Assembly: GCF_002945325.1 (NCBI RefSeq) | Contig: NZ_CP026606.1 | Span: 1,440,001-1,472,000 of the forward strand | DNA length: 32,000 nucleotides | Source: Methanococcus maripaludis | GTDB lineage: Archaea > AGJL01 > Methanococci > Methanococcales > Methanococcaceae | Direction of reading: 5' to 3' | In this document: one piece after another, positions 19,261 to 27,205 of the stretch | Numbering within the stretch: position 1 is the stretch's first letter | Layout: every line of letters begins with the position of its first letter | Made by a program: the position numbers and the translations under genes | Notes under the pieces: generated by a model | Databases searched by the model: none | Told to the model about the DNA's origin: nothing | The model's input: only the letters and a program-made list of their open reading frames with translations

Positions 19261-19875
19261 ATGGATATTAAAGCACTAGAAGATAAATTAAAGCCAAAAG
19301 GAACTGTTTCTATTATTGGATGTGGAAGGTTAGGGATTAGAATTGCAATGGATCTTTTGGAAGTTCACAGGGGCGGATTTGAAAAGATCCAGATTTTTGA
19401 TGCAGCAAGGATTGATCAAAATGATATAGTCCACAGAAAACATGGTGCAAAACTTGGAGAATATAAAATAAATTTTTTAAAAGAATTTTTCCCTGAAAAA
19501 ATTGAAGCATTTTTTGAAGATGTCAATGAAGAAAATATAAAAAAAATAACTGGCGATGTTGTTTTAATTGTTTTTGCAGGTGGAAATACTCTTCCAATTA
19601 GGAAAAAAATTGTAGACTACTGTAATAATACTAAAAAAGTTGCAATTGGAACTAATGGGGTATTTGGATTTGATCCTGCAATTAAAATTGGAGATGCGAA
19701 GACTGAAAAAGGCCCTGTAGAATTTTTAAAAGTGGAAAGTGAAGGGCATTTGGTAGTTGGCACGGGTAAATTTATAAAAGATATGGAACCAATAACACCA
19801 TACACTTTAGATGAGATGGCAAAACACCTCGTTATTGAATCTTTGAAAATCAAAAAAGAATTACTGAAAAACTAA
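19261..19875 (+). CDS. ThiF/HesA-family dinucleotide-binding protein
   Basis: Rossmann motif VSIIGCGRLGIRIAMDLL, IQIFDAARIDQNDIVHRKHGAKLGEYKINFLKEFF resembling E1-like proteins. ATG at 19261 judged more likely than the track start 19222. Confidence 0.6.
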   Translation: MDIKALEDKLKPKGTVSIIGCGRLGIRIAMDLLEVHRGGFEKIQIFDAARIDQNDIVHRKHGAKLGEYKINFLKEFFPEKIEAFFEDVNEENIKKITGDVVLIVFAGGNTLPIRKKIVDYCNNTKKVAIGTNGVFGFDPAIKIGDAKTEKGPVEFLKVESEGHLVVGTGKFIKDMEPITPYTLDEMAKHLVIESLKIKKELLKN

Positions 19876-19927
19876 TAACCTAATAAAACAATGATTCAGG
19901 TTAAAATCACAAAGTTCTGGTGTTTTT

Positions 19928-20845
19928 ATGGATATAATTGAGAGAATAAACAAATTGAAAAACGAGAAAAACGCAGTAATTTTGGCACACAACTACCAGC
20001 CAGAAGAAATCCAAAAAATTGCAGATATTATTGGAGATTCACTAGAACTCTGCATTGCTGCAAGAGATACCGATGCAGATGTAATCGTATTCTGCGGTGT
20101 AGATTTCATGGCAGAAACGGCAAAAGTATTAAACAGTGGGAAAAAAGTACTTATTCCCGAAATTATTGAAACAGACTGCCCAATGGCACACCAACTTCCC
20201 CCAGAAGTGATACTTGACGCAAAAAAAGAGTATCCTGATGCAAAAGTTGTAATTTATGTAAATACACTTGCTTCTGCAAAAGCACTGGCTGACGCAACAT
20301 GTACTTCTGCAAATGCTGATAGGGTTGTGAATTCTTTCGAAGAAAACGAAGTATTATTTGGTCCAGACAATAATTTGGGTTATTTTGTATCAAAAAGGTC
20401 AAATAAAAAAATTATTCCAATGCCTGAGGGCGGACACTGCTATGTTCACAAAATGTTTACAATTGATGATGCAAAAGCAGTAAAAGAAAAGTATCCAAAT
20501 GCAGAACTTTTAATACACCCTGAAAGTGACCCAAAATTACAGGAAAGTGCTGACTACGTGATGAGTACTGGTGGAATGGTAAAACACGTTTTAAATTCAG
20601 AATGCAGCGAATTTATTATCGGAACAGAATGCGACATGATATCCCGGCTTAAAATAGAATTGGAAAAAGTGGGGAAATCAAAAAAACTAATTCCTTTAAG
20701 AACTGACGCAATCTGCAAATCGATGAAAAACATAACTTTAGAAAAAATAGAACAATGTCTTTTGGAAGAAAAACATGAAATAACGCTTGATGAAAAAATA
20801 ATTGAAAATGCAAGAAAAGCAATTGAAAGAATGCTTTCAATTTAA
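19928..20845 (+). CDS. nadA: Quinolinate synthase
   Basis: ILAHNYQPEEIQKIADIIGDSLEL, VIVFCGVDFMAETAKVL, VYVNTLASAKALADATCTSANA, and GTECDMISRL. Confidence 0.95.
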   Translation: MDIIERINKLKNEKNAVILAHNYQPEEIQKIADIIGDSLELCIAARDTDADVIVFCGVDFMAETAKVLNSGKKVLIPEIIETDCPMAHQLPPEVILDAKKEYPDAKVVIYVNTLASAKALADATCTSANADRVVNSFEENEVLFGPDNNLGYFVSKRSNKKIIPMPEGGHCYVHKMFTIDDAKAVKEKYPNAELLIHPESDPKLQESADYVMSTGGMVKHVLNSECSEFIIGTECDMISRLKIELEKVGKSKKLIPLRTDAICKSMKNITLEKIEQCLLEEKHEITLDEKIIENARKAIERMLSI

Positions 20846-20855
20846 TTTTTTTATT

Positions 20856-21215
20856 TTATTCTTCTTTTACGTAGTATCTAACCATTTCTTCGGTTTCATC
20901 GAATATTTCAGCTTTGTAATACTCTACATCGCCGTTAGTATCGACTTTTACATATACATTTTCTACATTTTTGTATTTTTCACCAGTTTGAGCAACCCTC
21001 GGGGTAGCCGCTTGTGAAAATGCGTCCCCTTCTCTTGTGTATTCAAATATTATGTTTTGACCTTCAACAGTGTATCCTTGGTATTCTACGCCGCCCATAC
21101 TAAAGGTAACTCCTAAAAATACGTACTTTTCAGGAGTATCTGGCCCAAATGAGAAATATATTGCGCTCGCAAGAATTAAAAGCGCAATTACTGGGAGTAT
21201 ATACTTAGAACTCAT
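20856..21215 (-). CDS. Hypothetical small secreted/membrane-anchored protein downstream of SepCysS
   Basis: ATG at 21215 preceded by aggtga. N-terminal hydrophobic segment YILPVIALLILASAIYF. No family recognised. Confidence 0.55.
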   Translation of the reverse strand: MSSKYILPVIALLILASAIYFSFGPDTPEKYVFLGVTFSMGGVEYQGYTVEGQNIIFEYTREGDAFSQAATPRVAQTGEKYKNVENVYVKVDTNGDVEYYKAEIFDETEEMVRYYVKEE

Positions 21216-21220
21216 TAAAT

Positions 21221-22363
21221 TCACCTTAACTCGTTTATAATAGATTTCATGCTATTTATCACGTAGTCAACTTGAGTATTGGTTAATCCATAAACACTCA
21301 TTTTGAATTCTTTTGTAACTCCTCTTCTGATTCCGCCGATTCCTCTTTTCTTCAATTCTTCGTAGAAGAAAAATCCTCTTCGTTTATCTTTTTCTGCAAT
21401 TTCATCTAAAATCGGGGTTTCAAATCTTATGATATCGTGGTTTCTTGGTCTTTCCCCAATCTGTTTAAATCCTAATGGTTCAAGCTCATTAACCACTTTT
21501 CTTGTTTTTTCAAGTTCTAAATCCCAATTTTTAACTCTTTCAATCAGGTGTTCAAAGCTTGCCATCAAACTTAAAATTGGAATTCCTCGGCTAGTGCAAC
21601 CAAGCATCTGGAGTTCTTTTAATACATTTACTTTTGAAGTTTCAAGCACTTCATCTTCATATTTTTTATTTATTGAAAGAAGACCGCATGGGCCAGATGC
21701 AGCCATACTTTTGTGTCCTGATGCTGCAATAAAGTCCACATTTAATTTTTTTCCATCAATTGGCATTCTTCCCGCAGAATATGCACAGTTTAATAAAAAT
21801 GGATATCCTTTAGATTTTGCAATTTTTCCAACCTTTTCAACATCTGCAACGTTTCCGTAATTTCCATCAACGTGTGTTAAAAGGATTAATCCGATATTTT
21901 TTTTAGAATCTTCGAGCATGTCAATTTTTTCAGCATAACTTTCAGGAATTACTCTAAATGTCGGGTATTCTTCAATTTCAGTTCTTTCGTAGTTTAATTT
22001 AGCTCTTTCAAGTGCTACATATGAAGTATAGTGGGCATTTCCATCCAAAACTACGTAATCGCCTTCTTTACAGATGGAATTCATAACAGCGTATTTACTT
22101 TCCCTTGCACCGTGTGTAGGTCTTGTTATGTCCATTCCTAAAAATTTGGACATGTCTTCTAAAAATTCGTTTATAGGGGGAGTTTCGATTTGGTCGAGTC
22201 TTCCTGAACAGTAATCGCAGACACTGTACCCATCCCAGTATTCATAGATTATTTTCTTAGATTCAGTTGGTAGGATTCCTCCTCTCTGAATTGGATTTAA
22301 GTTAATCATTTCTCTTTCGAGATTTCTAGTAATATTTTTGTATTTATCAGTATTTATCTCCAT
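21221..22363 (-). CDS. pscS: O-phospho-L-seryl-tRNA:Cys-tRNA synthase (SepCysS)
   Basis: INLNPIQRGGILPTESKKIIYEYWDGYSVCDYCSGRLD, PLP lysine motif FIAASGHKSMAASGPCG, and GCTSRGIPILSLMASF. Confidence 0.93.
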   Translation of the reverse strand: MEINTDKYKNITRNLEREMINLNPIQRGGILPTESKKIIYEYWDGYSVCDYCSGRLDQIETPPINEFLEDMSKFLGMDITRPTHGARESKYAVMNSICKEGDYVVLDGNAHYTSYVALERAKLNYERTEIEEYPTFRVIPESYAEKIDMLEDSKKNIGLILLTHVDGNYGNVADVEKVGKIAKSKGYPFLLNCAYSAGRMPIDGKKLNVDFIAASGHKSMAASGPCGLLSINKKYEDEVLETSKVNVLKELQMLGCTSRGIPILSLMASFEHLIERVKNWDLELEKTRKVVNELEPLGFKQIGERPRNHDIIRFETPILDEIAEKDKRRGFFFYEELKKRGIGGIRRGVTKEFKMSVYGLTNTQVDYVINSMKSIINELR

Positions 22364-22390
22364 AAAATCACCAATTCTCGCGTAATTTAA

Positions 22391-23158
22391 TTATTTAAAA
22401 TTGAGGTCGAGTACAACCTTTTCAAACCCTATTTTTTTAAGTTCTGTATTTATTATTTCTATCGAATCATTATCAAATATTTTTTTTGATTCTTTTTTAG
22501 TCATCTCGATAATTGCAATATTTTCAAGGTATCGAACCCTTAAATAACTTTCAATATGGAAGTTTGATTTTATAAACGCTTCTGCTAAATTCGATTTAGC
22601 CATATTTTCTTTAGAAATTGGCGCTGATAAAATACGGGTTGCCATACAGGTATCTTTTTTTGGAATATCAATTTTCAAGTATTTTGATAATTCAAAAACA
22701 TCATTTTTACTGAATTTTAAATTAGAAAGGGGGGAAATTATATTTTCTTCATTAAAAGCTTTTATTCCCGGCCTATCTTCAAATATATCATCGTAAATTG
22801 TTCCATCGACAATGATATCATAGTTCAATTCATTTTTTATTCTTTTAAGTTCTTCTGCAATTCTTTTTTTACAGTTGTAGCATCTGTTTTTTAAGTCTTT
22901 TGAAATGATTTCATTTAAATAATCTATTTTCATGGTTTTTTGAGGAATGTTGTATTTTTTAGCACGATTTTCCGCTTTTTTTATTACATTTTCAGAAAAA
23001 AATCCGTTATCAATCGTTACCGCAAGTGTTTGTGCATTATCGCTTGCAATTTTTGAAATAAGTGTGCTGTCAACACCCCCAGAATATGCAACAACCACTT
23101 TTTTGTTTTTGAAAAACTCAAGTAACGAGTTATATTTTTCAAGCAAACCTTTTTTCAT
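22391..23158 (-). CDS. LarE-like ATP-dependent sulfur transferase (PP-loop), three-cysteine type
   Basis: PP-loop VVAYSGGVDSTLISKIA, RCYNCKKRIAEEL, DTCMATRILSAPIS. ATG at 23158, with its SD ggtga overlapping the bioB stop codon. Confidence 0.85.
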   Translation of the reverse strand: MKKGLLEKYNSLLEFFKNKKVVVAYSGGVDSTLISKIASDNAQTLAVTIDNGFFSENVIKKAENRAKKYNIPQKTMKIDYLNEIISKDLKNRCYNCKKRIAEELKRIKNELNYDIIVDGTIYDDIFEDRPGIKAFNEENIISPLSNLKFSKNDVFELSKYLKIDIPKKDTCMATRILSAPISKENMAKSNLAEAFIKSNFHIESYLRVRYLENIAIIEMTKKESKKIFDNDSIEIINTELKKIGFEKVVLDLNFK

Positions 23159-23163
23159 GATTT

Positions 23164-24147
23164 TCACCGCTCAAAACCCATTTCTTCAATCATTTTTAAA
23201 TCAGACTGGATATTTTGCCCATTTGTAGTTAAATAGTTTCCAATCATTAAACCATCAAGTGCAAGAAGTGAATATTTCTGCATATCTTTTAAAACATGTT
23301 CTCTTCCACCACAAAGCCGAATTACTTTATCTGGAAGTGCAATTCTTGCAATACATATCGATTTTAATGCATCACGGGAATTAATTCGAGATATATCTCC
23401 AGAATATATTCTATCATGAATTTTGGTACCGTAAATTGGATTTAGTAAATTTAGAGCAACACTATCAACATCAAGTTTTTTTAACTCCATAAATAAATCA
23501 ATCCTATCTTCAATAGATTCACCCATTCCAAAAATTCCGCCGCTGCACATCTCAAGCCCTATTTTTTTAGCTTCGAGAATTACTTTTACTTTTTCGCTGT
23601 AATCGTGGCTTGTACAGATATTTTTAAAGTAGTTTTCAGATGTTTCAAGGTTATTGTGGATTCTTACGTTTCTTTCTTTTAAAGCTTTTAATTTATCTTT
23701 ATTTAAAAGCCCTAATGAAACGCAAACCTTTAATTTCGTTTTATTTTGAATTTCTTCAATCGATTCAATAATATTTTCAAATTCTAAATCTGTAACTGTT
23801 TTTCCACTAACAACAATCGAAAAGCGGTTTGAATATTTTTCAACCGATTTAGCATTTTTTAAAATCTCTTCTTTTGATTTTAATCCGTAAGTTTCTATTT
23901 TTGAACGGTTATGTTTTGATTGAGAGCAGAATATGCAGTTTTCAGGACAGATTCCTGATTTGGCATTTATAATTGAGCACAAATCAATATTATCCTTATT
24001 AAATAATTTTTTTAAGTTATATGATATATCTAGCAAATCATTTAAGTTTAAATTCCACAAATCAATTAAATCGTTTCTATTTAGTTTTTCAGAAGCTGAT
24101 TTTTCGTAAATTTCTAAAGAATCAGAATTTAATTTAATTTCCTTCAA
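23164..24147 (-). CDS. bioB: Biotin synthase-like radical SAM protein
   Basis: SGICPENCIFCSQS (CxxxCxxC), HNLETS, EMCSGGIFGMGESIEDRIDL, NLLNPIYGTK, VIRLCGGREHV. TTG start after ggtggt. Confidence 0.88.
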   Translation of the reverse strand: MKEIKLNSDSLEIYEKSASEKLNRNDLIDLWNLNLNDLLDISYNLKKLFNKDNIDLCSIINAKSGICPENCIFCSQSKHNRSKIETYGLKSKEEILKNAKSVEKYSNRFSIVVSGKTVTDLEFENIIESIEEIQNKTKLKVCVSLGLLNKDKLKALKERNVRIHNNLETSENYFKNICTSHDYSEKVKVILEAKKIGLEMCSGGIFGMGESIEDRIDLFMELKKLDVDSVALNLLNPIYGTKIHDRIYSGDISRINSRDALKSICIARIALPDKVIRLCGGREHVLKDMQKYSLLALDGLMIGNYLTTNGQNIQSDLKMIEEMGFER

Positions 24148-24224
24148 AAAACCACCTTTATGGCGAATAAGTTTCTAAAATAATTTTAAAAATAGTATTT
24201 GTTTTTACATTTTAAATTTAATGA

Positions 24225-24425
24225 TCATCTATTTTCTTCAGATCCATACGGTTCATCATTTGAATTATCGTATTTTTCTTCGTTTTCTTCTTCATATTCT
24301 TCGTTTAAAACGGCGGCCTGAACAGTTTCGTTTGACGGATCAGTGTAGTCGGCACATCCTGTGAGGATTATGCAGAATATTATTGTAGAAATTAAAATTA
24401 TACCTTTGATTGCTCTTGAATTCAT
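24225..24425 (-). CDS. Small acidic lipoprotein
   Basis: Hydrophobic leader with lipobox IILTGC, followed by an Glu/Asn/Asp-rich tail. Confidence 0.5.
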   Translation of the reverse strand: MNSRAIKGIILISTIIFCIILTGCADYTDPSNETVQAAVLNEEYEEENEEKYDNSNDEPYGSEENR

Positions 24426-24455
24426 GATTTACACCAATTATATTATAATTTTACA

Positions 24456-25199
24456 TCAAACCATTTCAAAAACATTTCCTAAAACTTCTTTTTTATCCGT
24501 TTTTATCAATTGAGGTATTTTTCCAATTTTTCCAGCGTGTTCTCCAAATACTACAAAAACACCATCAATTTTTGAAATAGTTTCAGCTTTTTCAAGGCAA
24601 TTATTTATTGCATCAACAGCATTTCCAACTGCAAAATTTCCAATCGAAGTTGCAACAGCATCGGCAATAATCGCAGATTTTGAAAAAACTGTAACTGAAT
24701 CGGCATTTCCAAGGCTTACGGAGTGTCCGACAGTTCCTGAGGAAGTACAGATTCCATATCCATTTTTCATTTTTTCTTTTTTTAGTTTAAATCCTAAATT
24801 TCCAGAAAGTGATGAATTTCCTGCATAAAGCCCGACAGTCGTATCCATTTCGCATTTTAAACAGATATCTCCACCATTTTCAGAAATTGCATTTTTACAG
24901 TCATTTTCAATTAAATTTTCAACAATTAATTGGCTGAATGTTCCTGCAACTGCTGCCATTGGTCCAACATCTGCATTAAATCCAGCTTCAGCCATTAATT
25001 TTATAATTTCTGGTGCATTATCTGGCACTTCAACGGGAGAATAACTAGTTAAAAATATGGGATTTCTTAAAATATAATTTTCAAGGTTTAATCTTTCATT
25101 AATAATTGTATTTTTCGCCATTTTAAAAAATTTGGGATTATCTACTTTTAAAAGAATATTTGTTTCTTTAATGGATATTTTTTCTTGAAAAAATTTCAT
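24456..25199 (-). CDS. UPF0280 family (ApbE-like fold) protein
   Basis: TSYSPVEVPDNAPEIIKLMAEAGFNADVGPMAAVAGTFSQLI, ISENGGDICLKC, and GYGICTSSGTVGHSVSLGNADSVTV. Confidence 0.75.
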   Translation of the reverse strand: MKFFQEKISIKETNILLKVDNPKFFKMAKNTIINERLNLENYILRNPIFLTSYSPVEVPDNAPEIIKLMAEAGFNADVGPMAAVAGTFSQLIVENLIENDCKNAISENGGDICLKCEMDTTVGLYAGNSSLSGNLGFKLKKEKMKNGYGICTSSGTVGHSVSLGNADSVTVFSKSAIIADAVATSIGNFAVGNAVDAINNCLEKAETISKIDGVFVVFGEHAGKIGKIPQLIKTDKKEVLGNVFEMV

Positions 25200-25236
25200 A
25201 GTATTCCTTTTTAAAATTAAAATAAATTAGAATGAT

Positions 25237-25662
25237 TTAGTGTTGTTCTACCCAGTAGGAACCATCTTTTGAAAATTCCTTTTTCCATATTGGAACTTCT
25301 TCTTTTAAGCTGTCGATCAAATATTCACAGGCTAAAAATGCTTCTTTTCTGTGTTTTGCTCCAACAACTATCAATACAATATTATCCCCTACTTTTAGCG
25401 TTCCAATCCTGTGAATCAATGTAGCATCGATAATGTTAAACTTTTCAATCGCCCTATTTTTTAATTCTTCAAGTTTTTTTGAAGCCATCTGTTCGTAGCA
25501 TTCAAATTCAATAAATTCAGCCTCTTTTTCAACGCCTTTATTGTAACCTACGTTTCTAACAACCCCTACAAAATTTACAAGTCCACCTATTTCAGGATGA
25601 TTTTTTAAAAGGGCTTTAGTTTCAACGTCAATGTTAAAATCTTCATTAGACACTCTAATCAT
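25237..25662 (-). CDS. moaE: Molybdopterin synthase catalytic subunit-like protein
   Basis: GGLVNFVGVVRN, FIEFECYEQMASKKL, HRIGTLKVGDNIVLIVVGAKHRKEAFLACEYLIDSLKEEVPIWKKE. Confidence 0.93.
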   Translation of the reverse strand: MIRVSNEDFNIDVETKALLKNHPEIGGLVNFVGVVRNVGYNKGVEKEAEFIEFECYEQMASKKLEELKNRAIEKFNIIDATLIHRIGTLKVGDNIVLIVVGAKHRKEAFLACEYLIDSLKEEVPIWKKEFSKDGSYWVEQH

Positions 25663-26374
25663 TTAAACCACCGCAAATTTTACATTCAGGATTTTTCTTT
25701 ATATTAAACGTGAAATAGTCATTTGTTCGCATATTTATTGAAAGCAATTTATTTTTTAAAGGAGTTCCAATTCCAGTTATTAATTTTATCGCTTCACTCG
25801 CCTGAATTGAACCAATTACTCCAGGGGTTACTCCAAGTACCGGAAAAGACTTATTTTTTTCTTCATCTTTTAATTTAAAAATACATTCAATACATGGAGT
25901 TTTATTTGGAATTATCGTTGTAACCTGGCCTCTTAAATCTTCAATTGCGCCATGAACGAGGGGGATTTTATATTTATTTGAAAATCTATTTAATAAATAT
26001 CTAGCTTTAAAATTATCAAGACAGTCAATAATAACATCTGAATTTTTGATGTGATTTTCGTTTACTTTTTCAGGATAAATTTCAATGTTTATCTCTGAAT
26101 TAATACTTTCTAACTTTTCTTTTGCAGAAATAACCTTTTTTATTCCAATGTCCTTTTCAAAATGCAAGATCTGTCTGTTTAAATTTGAAAGTTCAACTTC
26201 CTGATAATCAACTAATTTTAAGTTTCCAACTCCTGCGGCAGCTAGATATTGTGAAACAACGGTTCCAAGGCCCCCAACACCGACAACAGTTACAGTTGCA
26301 TCTAGCAGTTTTTTTTGGCCAGTTTCTCCGAAATCATCCATTAAAATCTGTCTTTTGTATCTTTCCAAGTTCAT
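25655..26374 (-). CDS. ThiF/MoeB-like E1 adenylyltransferase, lacking the usual catalytic Cys
   Basis: YKRQILMDDFGETGQKKLLDATVTVVGVGGLGTVVSQYLAAAGVG, LSNLNRQILH, zinc CxxC pairs CIEC and CKIC. 8-nt overlap with moaE. Confidence 0.85.
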   Translation of the reverse strand: MNLERYKRQILMDDFGETGQKKLLDATVTVVGVGGLGTVVSQYLAAAGVGNLKLVDYQEVELSNLNRQILHFEKDIGIKKVISAKEKLESINSEINIEIYPEKVNENHIKNSDVIIDCLDNFKARYLLNRFSNKYKIPLVHGAIEDLRGQVTTIIPNKTPCIECIFKLKDEEKNKSFPVLGVTPGVIGSIQASEAIKLITGIGTPLKNKLLSINMRTNDYFTFNIKKNPECKICGGLND

Positions 26375-26453
26375 AGTATCACAGTTATTTAAACAACTAT
26401 ATGCTTTAAGTTATAATAATATTGATGGTATGATTTTGGAGTGTGGTGTAAAA

Positions 26454-27155
26454 ATGTCTAAAATGGTTACAAAAGTTAAAACGTATTCTTGGAGCGCAGA
26501 AAAAGGGCTTTTAGAAAAAGAAGACACGATAGTAACTGAGGATTTTTATGAATTATACCTTGACGGAAAATTAATTGAAACAATGGTCGTATCTCCTGAA
26601 AATATTGAAGAATTGGGTATTGGATACACTATTTCAGAAGGATACATCGCTCCAGAAAGTTTTTCAGAAATTAAGATAGATGATAAAAAGATATATGTAA
26701 ACTCAAAAGAACTGGAAAAAGTAGATACAAAAAAAGGTAACGTAAATTTAAAATTGAGTACAATTAAAAAAATCATGGAAACCATGCCTACTCTTTCAGA
26801 CACCTGGAAGATAACCGGTGGAGTTCACTGGGCAGCACTCTTTGATTTTTCAGGAAACAAAATAGTTTATTTTGAAGATATCGGAAGGCACAATGCAGTA
26901 GATAAGGTAGTTGGATACGCTGTTTTAAACAATATTGATTTAAACAATTGCGTACTTGCATCGAGTGGAAGACAGCCAACAGCAATGGTTAAAAAGGTAG
27001 TAAATTCTAAAATTCCCGTAATAATTACGAAATCCCCGTCAACAGATAAGGGGGTAATTTTGGCGAAAGAAAATGATATTTTATTAATCGGTTTTGCAAG
27101 AATTGACCGATTTACCGTATATCATGGAGTAGAAAAGATAGATTTTAAATCATAA
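26454..27155 (+). CDS. fdhD: FdhD-like formate dehydrogenase accessory protein
   Basis: ELGIGYTISEGYI, TGGVHWAALFD, YFEDIGRHNAVDKVVGYAVL, ASSGRQPTAMVKKVVNSKIPVIITKSPSTDKGVILA. ATG 26454 preceded by ggtgt. Confidence 0.88.
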   Translation: MSKMVTKVKTYSWSAEKGLLEKEDTIVTEDFYELYLDGKLIETMVVSPENIEELGIGYTISEGYIAPESFSEIKIDDKKIYVNSKELEKVDTKKGNVNLKLSTIKKIMETMPTLSDTWKITGGVHWAALFDFSGNKIVYFEDIGRHNAVDKVVGYAVLNNIDLNNCVLASSGRQPTAMVKKVVNSKIPVIITKSPSTDKGVILAKENDILLIGFARIDRFTVYHGVEKIDFKS

Positions 27156-27205
27156 TGTTTATTTTTTCTAACGTAATCTAATTAATTTAAAGATATGTGG
27201 GTTAT

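Noticed and set aside
19261-19875. Possible aspartate dehydrogenase (NadX) because it precedes nadA
   Set aside because: The sequence around IFDAARIDQNDIVHRKHGAKLGEYK looks ThiF/HesA-like, so a NAD-biosynthesis assignment based only on the neighbour was not made.
24456-25199. First impression of translation initiation factor aIF6 for this ORF
   Set aside because: The internal motifs GPMAAVAGTFSQLI, NGGDI and GYGICTSSGTVGHS match UPF0280 rather than aIF6.
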